DNA of 64,000 nt from a virus (taxonomy: Duplodnaviria > Caudoviricetes). Position numbers and translations under genes: made by a program. The stretch is from positions 1,064 to 65,063 of the IMG/VR virus record IMGVR_UViG_3300020445_001720; one strand, written 5' to 3'. The notes under the pieces are model-generated. The model was not told the origin of the DNA. It saw only the letters and a program-made list of their open reading frames with translations, and did not search any database. Positions within the stretch are counted from its first letter, which is position 1. Every line of letters begins with the position of its first letter. Of the stretch, positions 38,025-46,169 are shown piece by piece.

Positions 38025-38657
38025 TTAACTCCACTCTAAGGACTCTGATACAGTAGGGAACTGTTCAATAAACACTTTTCGACATTCGTTAGCAATGTCC
38101 ATATGTTCTTTTTGTGTTCCATGTGCTGAACGTAAATTTATATAGTGTATCCATGAACGACATGAACCTGTCATGTATATTCTTGTTGGTGTGCATAGTG
38201 GTAATACCATTCTGGCACATTCCTTTGCAACACCATCTTCAAGCATTTGATTATACAAAGCAAAAGCACTACTGAACAAAGTATTCATCTGCCTATTTAA
38301 GGTTTCAGCAACTTTTGGATCTAAATCATCAATACTATTCTGTCTATTCTTACTATCTTGTCTTCTTAATTCTGGCAATTCAATTGTTTCAAGAAGTTTA
38401 GCATCAGCATACCTTTGAGAAAACTCTTGATATGTAAAACTTCTATGTCTTAATATCTGTGCTGCAATTGCACGAGTAGTTTCTATTTCAAGTGTCATTG
38501 AAGACTGTTCAAAAACAGACCAATGTTGATGTTGAATACAATATCTCAACAATCCTGCAAATTTTTCATTATCCTGATTTGAAGGATTAGATACTCTGGC
38601 AATATATGCCATAGTTTTTTCTGCATCAGGTGTAATGCTTATTAATTTTACATTCAT
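38025..38657 (-). CDS. thyX: FAD-dependent thymidylate synthase
   Basis: RHRSFTYQEFSQRY (RHRx7S), ARVS, HWSVFE, ARMVLP. Confidence 0.97.
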   Translation of the reverse strand: MNVKLISITPDAEKTMAYIARVSNPSNQDNEKFAGLLRYCIQHQHWSVFEQSSMTLEIETTRAIAAQILRHRSFTYQEFSQRYADAKLLETIELPELRRQDSKNRQNSIDDLDPKVAETLNRQMNTLFSSAFALYNQMLEDGVAKECARMVLPLCTPTRIYMTGSCRSWIHYINLRSAHGTQKEHMDIANECRKVFIEQFPTVSESLEWS

Positions 38658-38662
38658 TATTT

Positions 38663-38953
38663 CTACAGAATAAGTTTTTTCTTAGGTGGGATTGCAACAG
38701 GAGCATACATTTCATTATATTGCTCAATGATTTCATCCTTAGTTTCACTAATATATACGACATATTTTTTAGTGACTTCGATCTGAGTCTTATCTCCTTT
38801 ATTAATAGGAGACCAAGGAGCAAATGCTATATTTCCCTGTCCTGAAGGAATAGCAACTATAGGATTTACAATAGTAATAGAATCCTCAGTTTCTTTAACA
38901 AGGTCTGCTACTACGTCTTCACCAGACCACATACGAATTAATTTTACATTCAT
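38663..38953 (-). CDS. Sm-like small phage protein
   Basis: VKLIRMWSGEDVVA...NP...FAPW...QYNEM. Confidence 0.65.
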   Translation of the reverse strand: MNVKLIRMWSGEDVVADLVKETEDSITIVNPIVAIPSGQGNIAFAPWSPINKGDKTQIEVTKKYVVYISETKDEIIEQYNEMYAPVAIPPKKKLIL

Positions 38954-39132
38954 TTTCCAAATCCTTTTGAGTTTTTTGCTTCTGCTGTTGTAAGTTCTTC
39001 TTTGAGAATTCTCAATTGAGATCTCATAGTTTTAATCTGTTCATCGGTATATAGTTGATCTTGCTTGAGTAATCTTTCAAGCATTTTCACCAACTTTCTT
39101 GCTCTATTAGTCTGCATAACCATCGTCATCAT
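38950..39132 (-). CDS. Hypothetical protein (true start possibly 39117)
   Basis: Coiled-coil-like, ends KGFGK; operon packing. Confidence 0.7.
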   Translation of the reverse strand: MMTMVMQTNRARKLVKMLERLLKQDQLYTDEQIKTMRSQLRILKEELTTAEAKNSKGFGK

Positions 39133-39280
39133 CTAGTATCTCATCATAATCACCAAAGAGGAACCCATCCACATTAGCTGCTTCTTTGTATGCTTCAACA
39201 TCAGAATAAACCTCTGCTTTAAGTGCATCTACTGCTAATTCTAATGAACGAACAATATCCTTTAATTTAGAACGGTCCAT
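39107..39280 (-). CDS. Hypothetical cyanophage protein
   Basis: MDRSKLK.IV..LEL....LKAEVYSD...DYDEI.DDDDGY; the longer tracked start crosses a terminator, so it was trimmed. Confidence 0.75.
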   Translation of the reverse strand: MDRSKLKDIVRSLELAVDALKAEVYSDVEAYKEAANVDGFLFGDYDEILDDDDGYAD

Positions 39281-39308
39281 AAAAATTTTCATTTCATTTA
39301 GTATAGCA

Positions 39309-39337
39309 CAAAAAAAGAAGGGGATCAACCCCTTCTT
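39309..39337 (-). terminator. Rho-independent terminator after the DUF4278 gene
   Basis: AAGAAGGGG-5 nt-CCCCTTCTT followed by a T tract on the minus strand. Confidence 0.85.
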
Positions 39338-39371
39338 ATTCATATCCTCAAGTAAGATTAATTTACCGTGA

Positions 39372-39506
39372 TTATGGAGCGACTGCACAAAACTGTGTTT
39401 GCTCCTCATGCTTGATCCCCCTGTAAGTAAGATCAGCTTTTATTCTTTGACAAGATTTCTTGTCGTTGGTGTTGTATGTAACACCTCTATATGTAACTTG
39501 TGCCAT
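39372..39506 (-). CDS. DUF4278-family small protein (44 aa)
   Basis: MAQVTYRGVTYNTNDKKSCQRIKADLTYRGIKHEEQTQFCAVAP with two TYRG motifs; AGGAG Shine-Dalgarno 7 nt upstream. Confidence 0.9.
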   Translation of the reverse strand: MAQVTYRGVTYNTNDKKSCQRIKADLTYRGIKHEEQTQFCAVAP

Positions 39507-39540
39507 TGGATTACTCCTAAAGTAGTTGGGTTTTTTAAGT

Positions 39541-39723
39541 CCGTTCCTTTAGTCGGCTTTTGCGTCCCACTCACAATGAGGTGTCTCCTCTATCACTACG
39601 CTGATCATCTCAGCTCGTGTCTCTTCTTCTATCTTAAACTCATTCATCTTATCTAAAAGAGTCTGAGCTTCAATACAAGTAAAGGTAGTTGCGATAACTG
39701 CTAGATGAAACATGGGATGAACG
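39541..39723 (-). ncRNA. Glutamine-II (Downstream-peptide)-like riboswitch aptamer 2, P2 loop expanded by an ORF
   Basis: CGUUCA-UCCCA...UGGGA-CGCAAAAGCCGACUAAAGGAACGG; same core as aptamer 1; upstream of DUF4278. Confidence 0.75.
39549..39713 (-). CDS. 54-aa ORF nested in riboswitch aptamer 2
   Basis: MFHLAVIATTFTCIEAQTLLDKMNEFKIEEETRAEMISVVIEETPHCEWDAKAD; hydrophobic N-terminus, two Cys. Confidence 0.7.
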   Translation of the reverse strand: MFHLAVIATTFTCIEAQTLLDKMNEFKIEEETRAEMISVVIEETPHCEWDAKAD

Positions 39724-39728
39724 ATAAT

Positions 39729-39777
39729 CCGTTCCGAGTCGGCTTACTTGCGCTCTGAATGTATCAGAGTGAACGAT
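39729..39777 (-). ncRNA. Glutamine-II (Downstream-peptide)-like riboswitch aptamer 1
   Basis: AUCGUUCA-CUCUGA(UACAU)UCAGAG-CGCAAGUAAGCCGACUCGGAACGG; CGUUC/GAACG P1 and a perfect 6-bp P2. Confidence 0.85.
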
Positions 39778-39784
39778 TGTGTTA

Positions 39785-39813
39785 ATAATAACACATGTAC
39801 AGTATATAGTCAA
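39785..39813 (-). promoter_or_regulatory. sigma70-like promoter for the riboswitch transcript
   Basis: TTGACT (39808-39813)-17 nt-TATTAT (39785-39790) with TG extension; predicted start just before aptamer 1. Confidence 0.8.
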
Positions 39814-39820
39814 GTATTAC

Positions 39821-39836
39821 TGTAACATCTGTTACA
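39821..39836. promoter_or_regulatory. NtcA-type binding palindrome
   Basis: TGTAacatctgtTACA = GTA-N8-TAC, 8 nt upstream of the -35 box. Confidence 0.75.
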
Positions 39837-39904
39837 ATTTGATAAAATCTTCACAAATCAAAATTTTGGCGGGGATTTTTTCCGACTATTTTGGTAAATA
39901 AAAG

Positions 39905-40126
39905 TTAATTTTGGTTTTGCCCTTCAAGTTTAAAATACTTTTTAATAACTTCAACTTGATCTTCATACTTAGCAATGATATTGAGTTCCTCTTCGATTGC
40001 CTCTACAATATTAGAGTGCTCTCCAATTCCTACAGGATTGGTTAAGTATACTTCAACATTTGCTACATGCTTTTGGATATCACCTTGTGCATGTGCTAGA
40101 AGTGCTTTAATTAATTGATTTCTCAT
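39905..40126 (-). CDS. Hypothetical cyanophage protein
   Basis: ANVEVYLTNPVGIGEHS motif; clean 73-aa ORF. Confidence 0.8.
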   Translation of the reverse strand: MRNQLIKALLAHAQGDIQKHVANVEVYLTNPVGIGEHSNIVEAIEEELNIIAKYEDQVEVIKKYFKLEGQNQN

Positions 40127-40149
40127 TTTAAAATTTAATAATAATAGGT

Positions 40150-40527
40150 TTACCTCTTCTTTTTTGCTGGTTTTGCAGAACTATAACCCCATAGCTTTGG
40201 ACTAATAGTTCCTCTACCCCAACTAATATCCTTTAATTCACCTTTGAACTTATCCCAATACATATCAAATAGCTTAGTTTTCTGTCCTCTAGTTAAATCA
40301 TAACAAACTTTATCATCAACATGATACTTTATTATGAAAGCATCATTGGGATATTCTGGTTTTGAACAGTCTTCAATACTACCATTGTCCAGCAAAATTT
40401 CACAACCATATACATCTTTAGATGCTTGTTTTTCAGTGGAAGACCAATTCTGTTTTGATTCTAGTTTTTTAGGATCTGGTATTTTGGGTGCCTTTTTTAA
40501 TTCTGTTTTAGTTTCCTTTTCTGTCAT
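40150..40527 (-). CDS. Hypothetical cyanophage protein
   Basis: PNDA...DL.RG...LFDMYWDKF...G.G.I.PKLWG; start trimmed to MTEKE. Confidence 0.75.
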   Translation of the reverse strand: MTEKETKTELKKAPKIPDPKKLESKQNWSSTEKQASKDVYGCEILLDNGSIEDCSKPEYPNDAFIIKYHVDDKVCYDLTRGQKTKLFDMYWDKFKGELKDISWGRGTISPKLWGYSSAKPAKKKR

Positions 40528-40541
40528 AATAAAAATTTCAA

Positions 40542-41129
40542 TTAAGAACGATTTCCCCATTTAATATCTGGGTATGCTTCAGATACAATCTCTTTAGTTA
40601 TTTTATACCTAGTTTGTAACTTTTTATCTTTTGTTAGAACTACAATCTCTGCCTCTAGTGGATGTAATCCTTGAAGGATATTAATAAACATAGTCTCTTT
40701 ACGAAGAGAACTAAGTGCATCATTACCACCTTTAACAAAATTATAGAATCTTTTGAACTCTGCTCTTATAGATGATTTTCCTTGATCTTGAGATCCTAAA
40801 GACTTGGTTCCCAACTCACCCATCTTATCAACAGCATCGCGAATCTTTTCGCTTAGAGTTCCGCTAAAAGAATCCTGCTCATCTACAGCAGCATATGGAA
40901 CATCGCCTGGTGGCAGTGTGGATATTACAGTTTCATCAAAATTCCAAATAAAGATAGTCTTTAAAGCATTATCTCCAAATTTTCTTAATGCTTCAATCTT
41001 TTTTGCTTTTGTTTTCTGTGCTACAACAAGATCAAGGATCTCAAATAAAAATGGATTTACTGGGAGATCTAGAGGGGGAGCTGGTTTTGTTGTTTTTCTA
41101 GTCGTCTTCTTCGGTTTCGTTGTTGTCAT
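40542..41129 (-). CDS. Conserved T4-like hypothetical protein (DUF6433-like)
   Basis: IWNFD...LPPGDVPY...FYNFVKGGN...RKETMFI.IL.GLHP.EAE; start trimmed to MTTTK. Confidence 0.8.
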   Translation of the reverse strand: MTTTKPKKTTRKTTKPAPPLDLPVNPFLFEILDLVVAQKTKAKKIEALRKFGDNALKTIFIWNFDETVISTLPPGDVPYAAVDEQDSFSGTLSEKIRDAVDKMGELGTKSLGSQDQGKSSIRAEFKRFYNFVKGGNDALSSLRKETMFINILQGLHPLEAEIVVLTKDKKLQTRYKITKEIVSEAYPDIKWGNRS

Positions 41130-41331
41130 AATTTTCAAAGTTAAATGCAATTACCTCATCGGGAACCAAATTCCCATTCATATCAAACATCTCAGGATGT
41201 GGTTTTGGTATCTCTCTATAGTTTAGCATATAATCTCTTACTAGCCAACCTACTATAGATCCCAATGAAAAGAGTACAAATGATATTGGCAATACTGATA
41301 TGAGTATTATGTCAACATTGCTTAAATTCAC
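41098..41331 (-). CDS. Small membrane protein
   Basis: One hydrophobic helix followed by HPEMFD.NG. Confidence 0.75.
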   Translation of the reverse strand: MNLSNVDIILISVLPISFVLFSLGSIVGWLVRDYMLNYREIPKPHPEMFDMNGNLVPDEVIAFNFENYDNNETEEDD

Positions 41332-41534
41332 TTATCCACCTCCTTTAAGGTACTTGATGTATTTAGTTTCTTTATGGATAAAGAAAATTCAAAATAGAGG
41401 TTTAATTCTCTTTTGAAGAAAGAACCAACTCTTTTAAAAATGATATGTATTGGTTTACGACGTTTTGTTTTTCCTCCCTTTAATAGAAATTCAAAACCAC
41501 GATTAATTTCAAGATCATTATTTAATTGATTCAT
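41328..41534 (-). CDS. Hypothetical protein
   Basis: 68-aa ORF with start/stop overlaps on both sides. Confidence 0.65.
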   Translation of the reverse strand: MNQLNNDLEINRGFEFLLKGGKTKRRKPIHIIFKRVGSFFKRELNLYFEFSLSIKKLNTSSTLKEVDK

Positions 41535-41770
41535 TAAACGATGTTATTCTCTTTTAAATATTTAACAGTGTCAACACATCCTCCTATTCTCTTACCATCA
41601 ACTATGACTTGAGGAAAGGTAGATCCTTCTCCAAATTCTGATATAAATGCATCTCTGTTAAAATGTTGATCTAAATTATACACTACAAACTTACTTCCTG
41701 TCAACTCTAATACTTGTTTTACTTTATCACAATAGGGGCAACCCTCTTTTGTGTAGACTGCAAAATTCAT
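41534..41770 (-). CDS. nrdC: Glutaredoxin
   Basis: CPYC active site, TFPQV, IGG. Confidence 0.93.
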   Translation of the reverse strand: MNFAVYTKEGCPYCDKVKQVLELTGSKFVVYNLDQHFNRDAFISEFGEGSTFPQVIVDGKRIGGCVDTVKYLKENNIV

Positions 41771-41820
41771 AACTTGATTTGATTTATTAAAATTTTATTT
41801 ATCTCTTTATTATTCTCTTC

Positions 41821-42423
41821 TTAATCAAAGAAGAACATGTGCCATAATCGACAATTTTCTTTACAATCGCCAAAATATTCTGAGGCAGCGTGTATATTTC
41901 CACCACTGAAGAGAACTAATCGGTTATAAACATTTCCTGCAACATCAACAACTTCATATGGTGTCTTATCTAAGAAAGTTCTACCTGGAAATACTTCATT
42001 ACCTTGTGTAGTTGTCCAATCAATCATTGTATTATGATGAATCTTAGTTGCTCTATGTCTAAACATAGATGTTCCACACTCAGGAGGAGCATCTGGTGTT
42101 AAGTATATCATACCTGCCCATCTTTGTTCATCGCAATGATATACTAATTTTTCTCCTGACCAATTATGTTGAAACCGAGCATTCATTCCATGCTCTTCCC
42201 ATTTGGTAATTTTAATACCTAAAAGATCTTCAAATGATTCTTTTAAACCTGGTATGAAAAATTGTTTGCGTGTTCTTCTTCCAATATAACCATCATCGTC
42301 ATAGTAGTCTTGCTCTAAAGCAAACTTTCTAACCTGATCAGGATCCTTATAGAAATTATCAACTATAATTACTCTTTGATGTTTTCTATAATCTGGATTA
42401 ACAACTAGTAGAGTATCACTCAT
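41821..42423 (-). CDS. 2OG-Fe(II) oxygenase-like protein (DUF6445-like)
   Basis: IIVDNFY.DP..VR..AL, HCD (HxD), IYLTP..P...GT, NVYNRLVLF...H, RL...FFFD. Confidence 0.8.
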   Translation of the reverse strand: MSDTLLVVNPDYRKHQRVIIVDNFYKDPDQVRKFALEQDYYDDDGYIGRRTRKQFFIPGLKESFEDLLGIKITKWEEHGMNARFQHNWSGEKLVYHCDEQRWAGMIYLTPDAPPECGTSMFRHRATKIHHNTMIDWTTTQGNEVFPGRTFLDKTPYEVVDVAGNVYNRLVLFSGGNIHAASEYFGDCKENCRLWHMFFFD

Positions 42424-43232
42424 TAGAATCCTAAATGCTTACTACGAACAAAATCTAAATCAAATGATGTTGTAGAGATTCTTCTAATATCCCCTCTAGG
42501 ATTATTCTCCATAGAATCTCCTTCCCAAGGTAAGTTAGTAGGACCTTGAACTCTCCAATTTGCACCCCACTTTTCAGTTAAGTAATCAATATTTAATTGA
42601 TTAGACATTTCAAGTTTGTCTGCTAACTCTGGTTCATTCTTTTTAGTTTGACTTCCATGAGTATAATACTCTTCTTTATGTCCAAACCCATGATAATACT
42701 GACTTTCTAACTCTATTACTTTTTTAATAGGACGATGTATAAATCGCATAATCATATCAGCATCTTCGCAATATGCAGGATATAAATTTTCATCAAACAA
42801 ACCAAACTGTCTGACAATACTTTCTCTAATGAAAAATAAATCCCAACTACCTACACCATAATCTCCTTTATTACCATGTATCATTCCAATCATTTCATCT
42901 GAATTGGCAGTGTTAATCATTTCTTCCAAGAATCCTGGACAAAAAGAAACATCGTCATTACATATGATCCAATATGGTGCCATAACATAACACTTAATGA
43001 TTAAATTCCAAGCACCTGACACTCCAAGATTGCCAGGTAAATTTGCAACATTTACCTTTTTTATATACTTATATTTTAAACTTGCTAACTTAGCAAGGTC
43101 TTCATCAAGTTCTCCCCTACCATTATTATTAACAATGAAAACTTCATCAACAGGATAATCAATGCTAGTAAGCAAACGACTTACCCAAAAAGTACTATTA
43201 GTAACAGGAACTCCAATAACAGGTATCGACAT
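42423..43232 (-). CDS. Glycosyltransferase (GT-A/GT2-like)
   Basis: NLGVSGAWN, ICNDDV (DxD-like), GLFDENLYPAYCEDAD; start trimmed to MSIPVIG. Confidence 0.85.
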   Translation of the reverse strand: MSIPVIGVPVTNSTFWVSRLLTSIDYPVDEVFIVNNNGRGELDEDLAKLASLKYKYIKKVNVANLPGNLGVSGAWNLIIKCYVMAPYWIICNDDVSFCPGFLEEMINTANSDEMIGMIHGNKGDYGVGSWDLFFIRESIVRQFGLFDENLYPAYCEDADMIMRFIHRPIKKVIELESQYYHGFGHKEEYYTHGSQTKKNEPELADKLEMSNQLNIDYLTEKWGANWRVQGPTNLPWEGDSMENNPRGDIRRISTTSFDLDFVRSKHLGF

Positions 43233-43236
43233 AATT

Positions 43237-45123
43237 TTATAAAGAATTGAACATGTATTTTTCAGCTTTTTTAGTTTTGCCGTCAACGCAAACCATTTTA
43301 TCTATAATCTTTTTATGAACCAGATCTGGATGAATCCACCAATCTTCATAAGGTCTATCATCATCTGGAGATATGTTATCTACAACCAATTTATAACCAA
43401 AAGATTCAAGATATTTTCTAGACTTATTTCTAAAAGATTTAGTTTCATCACAATAGTAATCATGCTCGTAAGTTATAACAGCAAATCTATAAGTTTCAAA
43501 TGGTATATTAAGAAGAATCTTATAAGTTACCTCTGGAGGATCACAATCTAACTGTAGATAATCAATATCATTTGGCATATCTAATCCTAGTAAAAATCTC
43601 TCATAATTTATTTTAAGAGCATCTTTAAGAACACATGTATGTTTTCTCTCAGTGTTATGTGCATTGACAAAATTTTCATCAATATCAATTGCAACACCTG
43701 TCCAATTATAATTACCTTCTAATAAAGCAGTATTGTTTCCATAGAAGGAATTACCTGCACCAATTTCAAGATACGTTCCATTTTTCTTTCCATTTAACAT
43801 AGAGAGAACAAACATATCTTGATATGATTCCGCAAAATTCTTTTCTATATCTCTAGAGTTTCTAAAGTTATATCTGAGTTTTTTATGATCTCTTTTCCTA
43901 TACCAATTTAATCTAGGTAAACCTGCATTATCATCTTTTGTTAGTCTTTTAAGATTATCAATTACAGATGCTTTAAATGTATCATTTAAATCATCATTAT
44001 CAAGAAGGTCTTGAAGTAAATCTCTAGATTCATCACAAAGACCACACCACCAAGAAGATATTGCTTTTTCAAAAAGAATACCATAAAATCCTGGATAATC
44101 AACATCTGTGCGTAATGGTTCTGGATCTCTCTCACAAAATGCTTCGGCTAAACATGCAGTCTGATAACAATCCTTCCAAGCACCATCATCACTTTGATTA
44201 TGATGTTCATAATGTCTTGCAAGAAGAAAGTGTGCCTCTGGACGTTTAGGCATAACAATCATTGCATTTTGAATTAACCCTTTAACAGTGAACTTCCTTG
44301 TCCCTTGCTTTTCATAACACATTGCAGCACGAATTAAACATTCATATTGTAATAATTTACTATCACTTCTTTCAACAGTTCTTAGACAGTAAGACATACA
44401 TGCTGCTGTCTGTCCTATATCCCAATAGAACATCGCAATAAGATAATTTATCTCTGGATCTTCTGGATGTTGAATGTAATGATGAAGTAGATTAGTAAGA
44501 TATTTTACATCATAATCATTTTTATTAGTATTTGATGCCACTATTTTAGATAAAAATGTTTCGGGAGAAATTAAATTTAACCATTCTTTTCTTTTCTGAG
44601 AGAAAGTATTAAAGTTTAGATCATCTATCTTATCAAGTTTTTCTTGATATCCTTTAGTTATAATACCACAACCATAATCAGTATCAACAACACACATGGC
44701 AAGATCATCTCTTTCTTGTCTTAATTGTACATATGCTTTCCAACAATCTCCATTCCAAATTCCTCCTTGATAAGGAAGAGTTTGATGTTCTTCTAATTGA
44801 GGATTCATATCATGACATACGATAAATCCACCATCAGATAAGACTTTTAAAGAATTATTAATATCTCTATAAACTTGATCTGCATGATGAAGTCCGTCAA
44901 TGAATATAATATCCCAAGTTCTTTTATCAGTTTTAAAGAAACTATCAGAATCAGTATGGATAGTTGCAGGAGTACTTGTCTCTGGATCAACACCTACTTT
45001 ATTTTTACACTTAATATCTCTAAAATTTTCTCCTGCAGAAACACCTATCTCAAGATAATTCTCAGCACTTATTTTATTAATTAACGATTGAATAATATCA
45101 GTTCTTTTCATCATACTTCCCAT
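43237..45123 (-). CDS. Fusion: class I SAM methyltransferase - TPR region - FkbM-like methyltransferase
   Basis: YLEIGV..G/DIIFIDGLH/HD; helical P.RPEAHF.LAR; SYQDMFV..YLEIGAG..NNT.LLE..W.G..IDYLQLDCD. Confidence 0.82.
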   Translation of the reverse strand: MGSMMKRTDIIQSLINKISAENYLEIGVSAGENFRDIKCKNKVGVDPETSTPATIHTDSDSFFKTDKRTWDIIFIDGLHHADQVYRDINNSLKVLSDGGFIVCHDMNPQLEEHQTLPYQGGIWNGDCWKAYVQLRQERDDLAMCVVDTDYGCGIITKGYQEKLDKIDDLNFNTFSQKRKEWLNLISPETFLSKIVASNTNKNDYDVKYLTNLLHHYIQHPEDPEINYLIAMFYWDIGQTAACMSYCLRTVERSDSKLLQYECLIRAAMCYEKQGTRKFTVKGLIQNAMIVMPKRPEAHFLLARHYEHHNQSDDGAWKDCYQTACLAEAFCERDPEPLRTDVDYPGFYGILFEKAISSWWCGLCDESRDLLQDLLDNDDLNDTFKASVIDNLKRLTKDDNAGLPRLNWYRKRDHKKLRYNFRNSRDIEKNFAESYQDMFVLSMLNGKKNGTYLEIGAGNSFYGNNTALLEGNYNWTGVAIDIDENFVNAHNTERKHTCVLKDALKINYERFLLGLDMPNDIDYLQLDCDPPEVTYKILLNIPFETYRFAVITYEHDYYCDETKSFRNKSRKYLESFGYKLVVDNISPDDDRPYEDWWIHPDLVHKKIIDKMVCVDGKTKKAEKYMFNSL

Positions 45124-46117
45124 ATATAAAATCTTCTACAACTTTAGGAGAAACTCGCAATAGATATGCAGCATTATCTTGGAATCCAAAGGTCATTAAT
45201 AAATCTCCTTTATAATAACACATGCCAGTACAGAATTCAACATGTGCATCCATAAAAGAAAAATCTTGTGAAAATGCACAACATTGCCATTCTTTATTCC
45301 ATACTAGGAATCTATGTTTATAAAGTCCATCTTTTCTTCCAACTTCACTATCAAACAAATCAACTTCATGAGTTAATGCAAAATGATAATCTTGATCTCC
45401 TGCTTGTCCAAAGTCCATTGGAATTACATGAGATCCTCCTCTAACATCTCTTGGGATACTAACAAGATCAGTTAGATGTGTAGTTGTTGATTTTCCTGTA
45501 ACAGGATCCACCTTAACTACTTCTGTTGGATTAGACCATTTTACATAGTGCCATGGCATATCCGTAATTGCCATCCAATTCTTTTCACAATATGAATTTG
45601 GATCTTTTGGAGGATCAATACGAACTCTTGAAACTTCTTTTACAGCATCTTCAGTAACTTCTATTTTAGAAAGTTCCATTCTGCCTTGTCCATTCTCTGT
45701 TGTATCTCTTCTTACTCCTGAAATATACAAATCTCCTTCCCAACGAAATATTCTAGAATCCTCAAGACCGACAAAATCCCACAGAGGTTCCTTATCTAAT
45801 TTTGTTGTATCTATTTTATTATATCTTGATATATTAAGATCATCATCCATCTCCAAATAATAATTTGTTGTCCTCAAGTGCATATCATTTTCTGGATGCA
45901 CATATGTCAAAGGACCCCATTGATGTTGAAAGGTCTTTTTTTCTGAATGATAGAAAGTATAATTAACGTGTCTTAAATTTACAATAATCTTTCCATTATC
46001 ATTATAAACAGAGGGATTCATTAAACCCGTCCCATTTGTAATGGATGCAGGAATAATTAAAGGATGAATACTACCACCATTATCTAAAGCAATCTTCGCA
46101 AAGTGCATACACTTCAA
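45098..46117 (-). CDS. Five-bladed beta-propeller glycosidase/phosphorylase-like protein (GH43/GH130-like)
   Basis: NPSV, GLEDSRIF, CEKNWM, RGGS, VEFCTG, FGFQD. Confidence 0.72.
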   Translation of the reverse strand: MKCMHFAKIALDNGGSIHPLIIPASITNGTGLMNPSVYNDNGKIIVNLRHVNYTFYHSEKKTFQHQWGPLTYVHPENDMHLRTTNYYLEMDDDLNISRYNKIDTTKLDKEPLWDFVGLEDSRIFRWEGDLYISGVRRDTTENGQGRMELSKIEVTEDAVKEVSRVRIDPPKDPNSYCEKNWMAITDMPWHYVKWSNPTEVVKVDPVTGKSTTTHLTDLVSIPRDVRGGSHVIPMDFGQAGDQDYHFALTHEVDLFDSEVGRKDGLYKHRFLVWNKEWQCCAFSQDFSFMDAHVEFCTGMCYYKGDLLMTFGFQDNAAYLLRVSPKVVEDFIYGKYDEKN

Positions 46118-46132
46118 TCAATATTATAAAAC

Positions 46133-46161
46133 ATTATAGCAAAGGTTTAATTAATTTACAA
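46133..46161 (-). promoter_or_regulatory. sigma70-like promoter for the glycan-modification cluster
   Basis: TTGTAA-17 nt-TATAAT with TG extension. Confidence 0.7.
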
Positions 46162-46169
46162 GTATATAA

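Noticed and set aside
39399-39656. Tracked 85-aa plus-strand ORF
   Set aside because: Antisense to the DUF4278 gene and riboswitch, which have SD, promoter and terminator support on the minus strand
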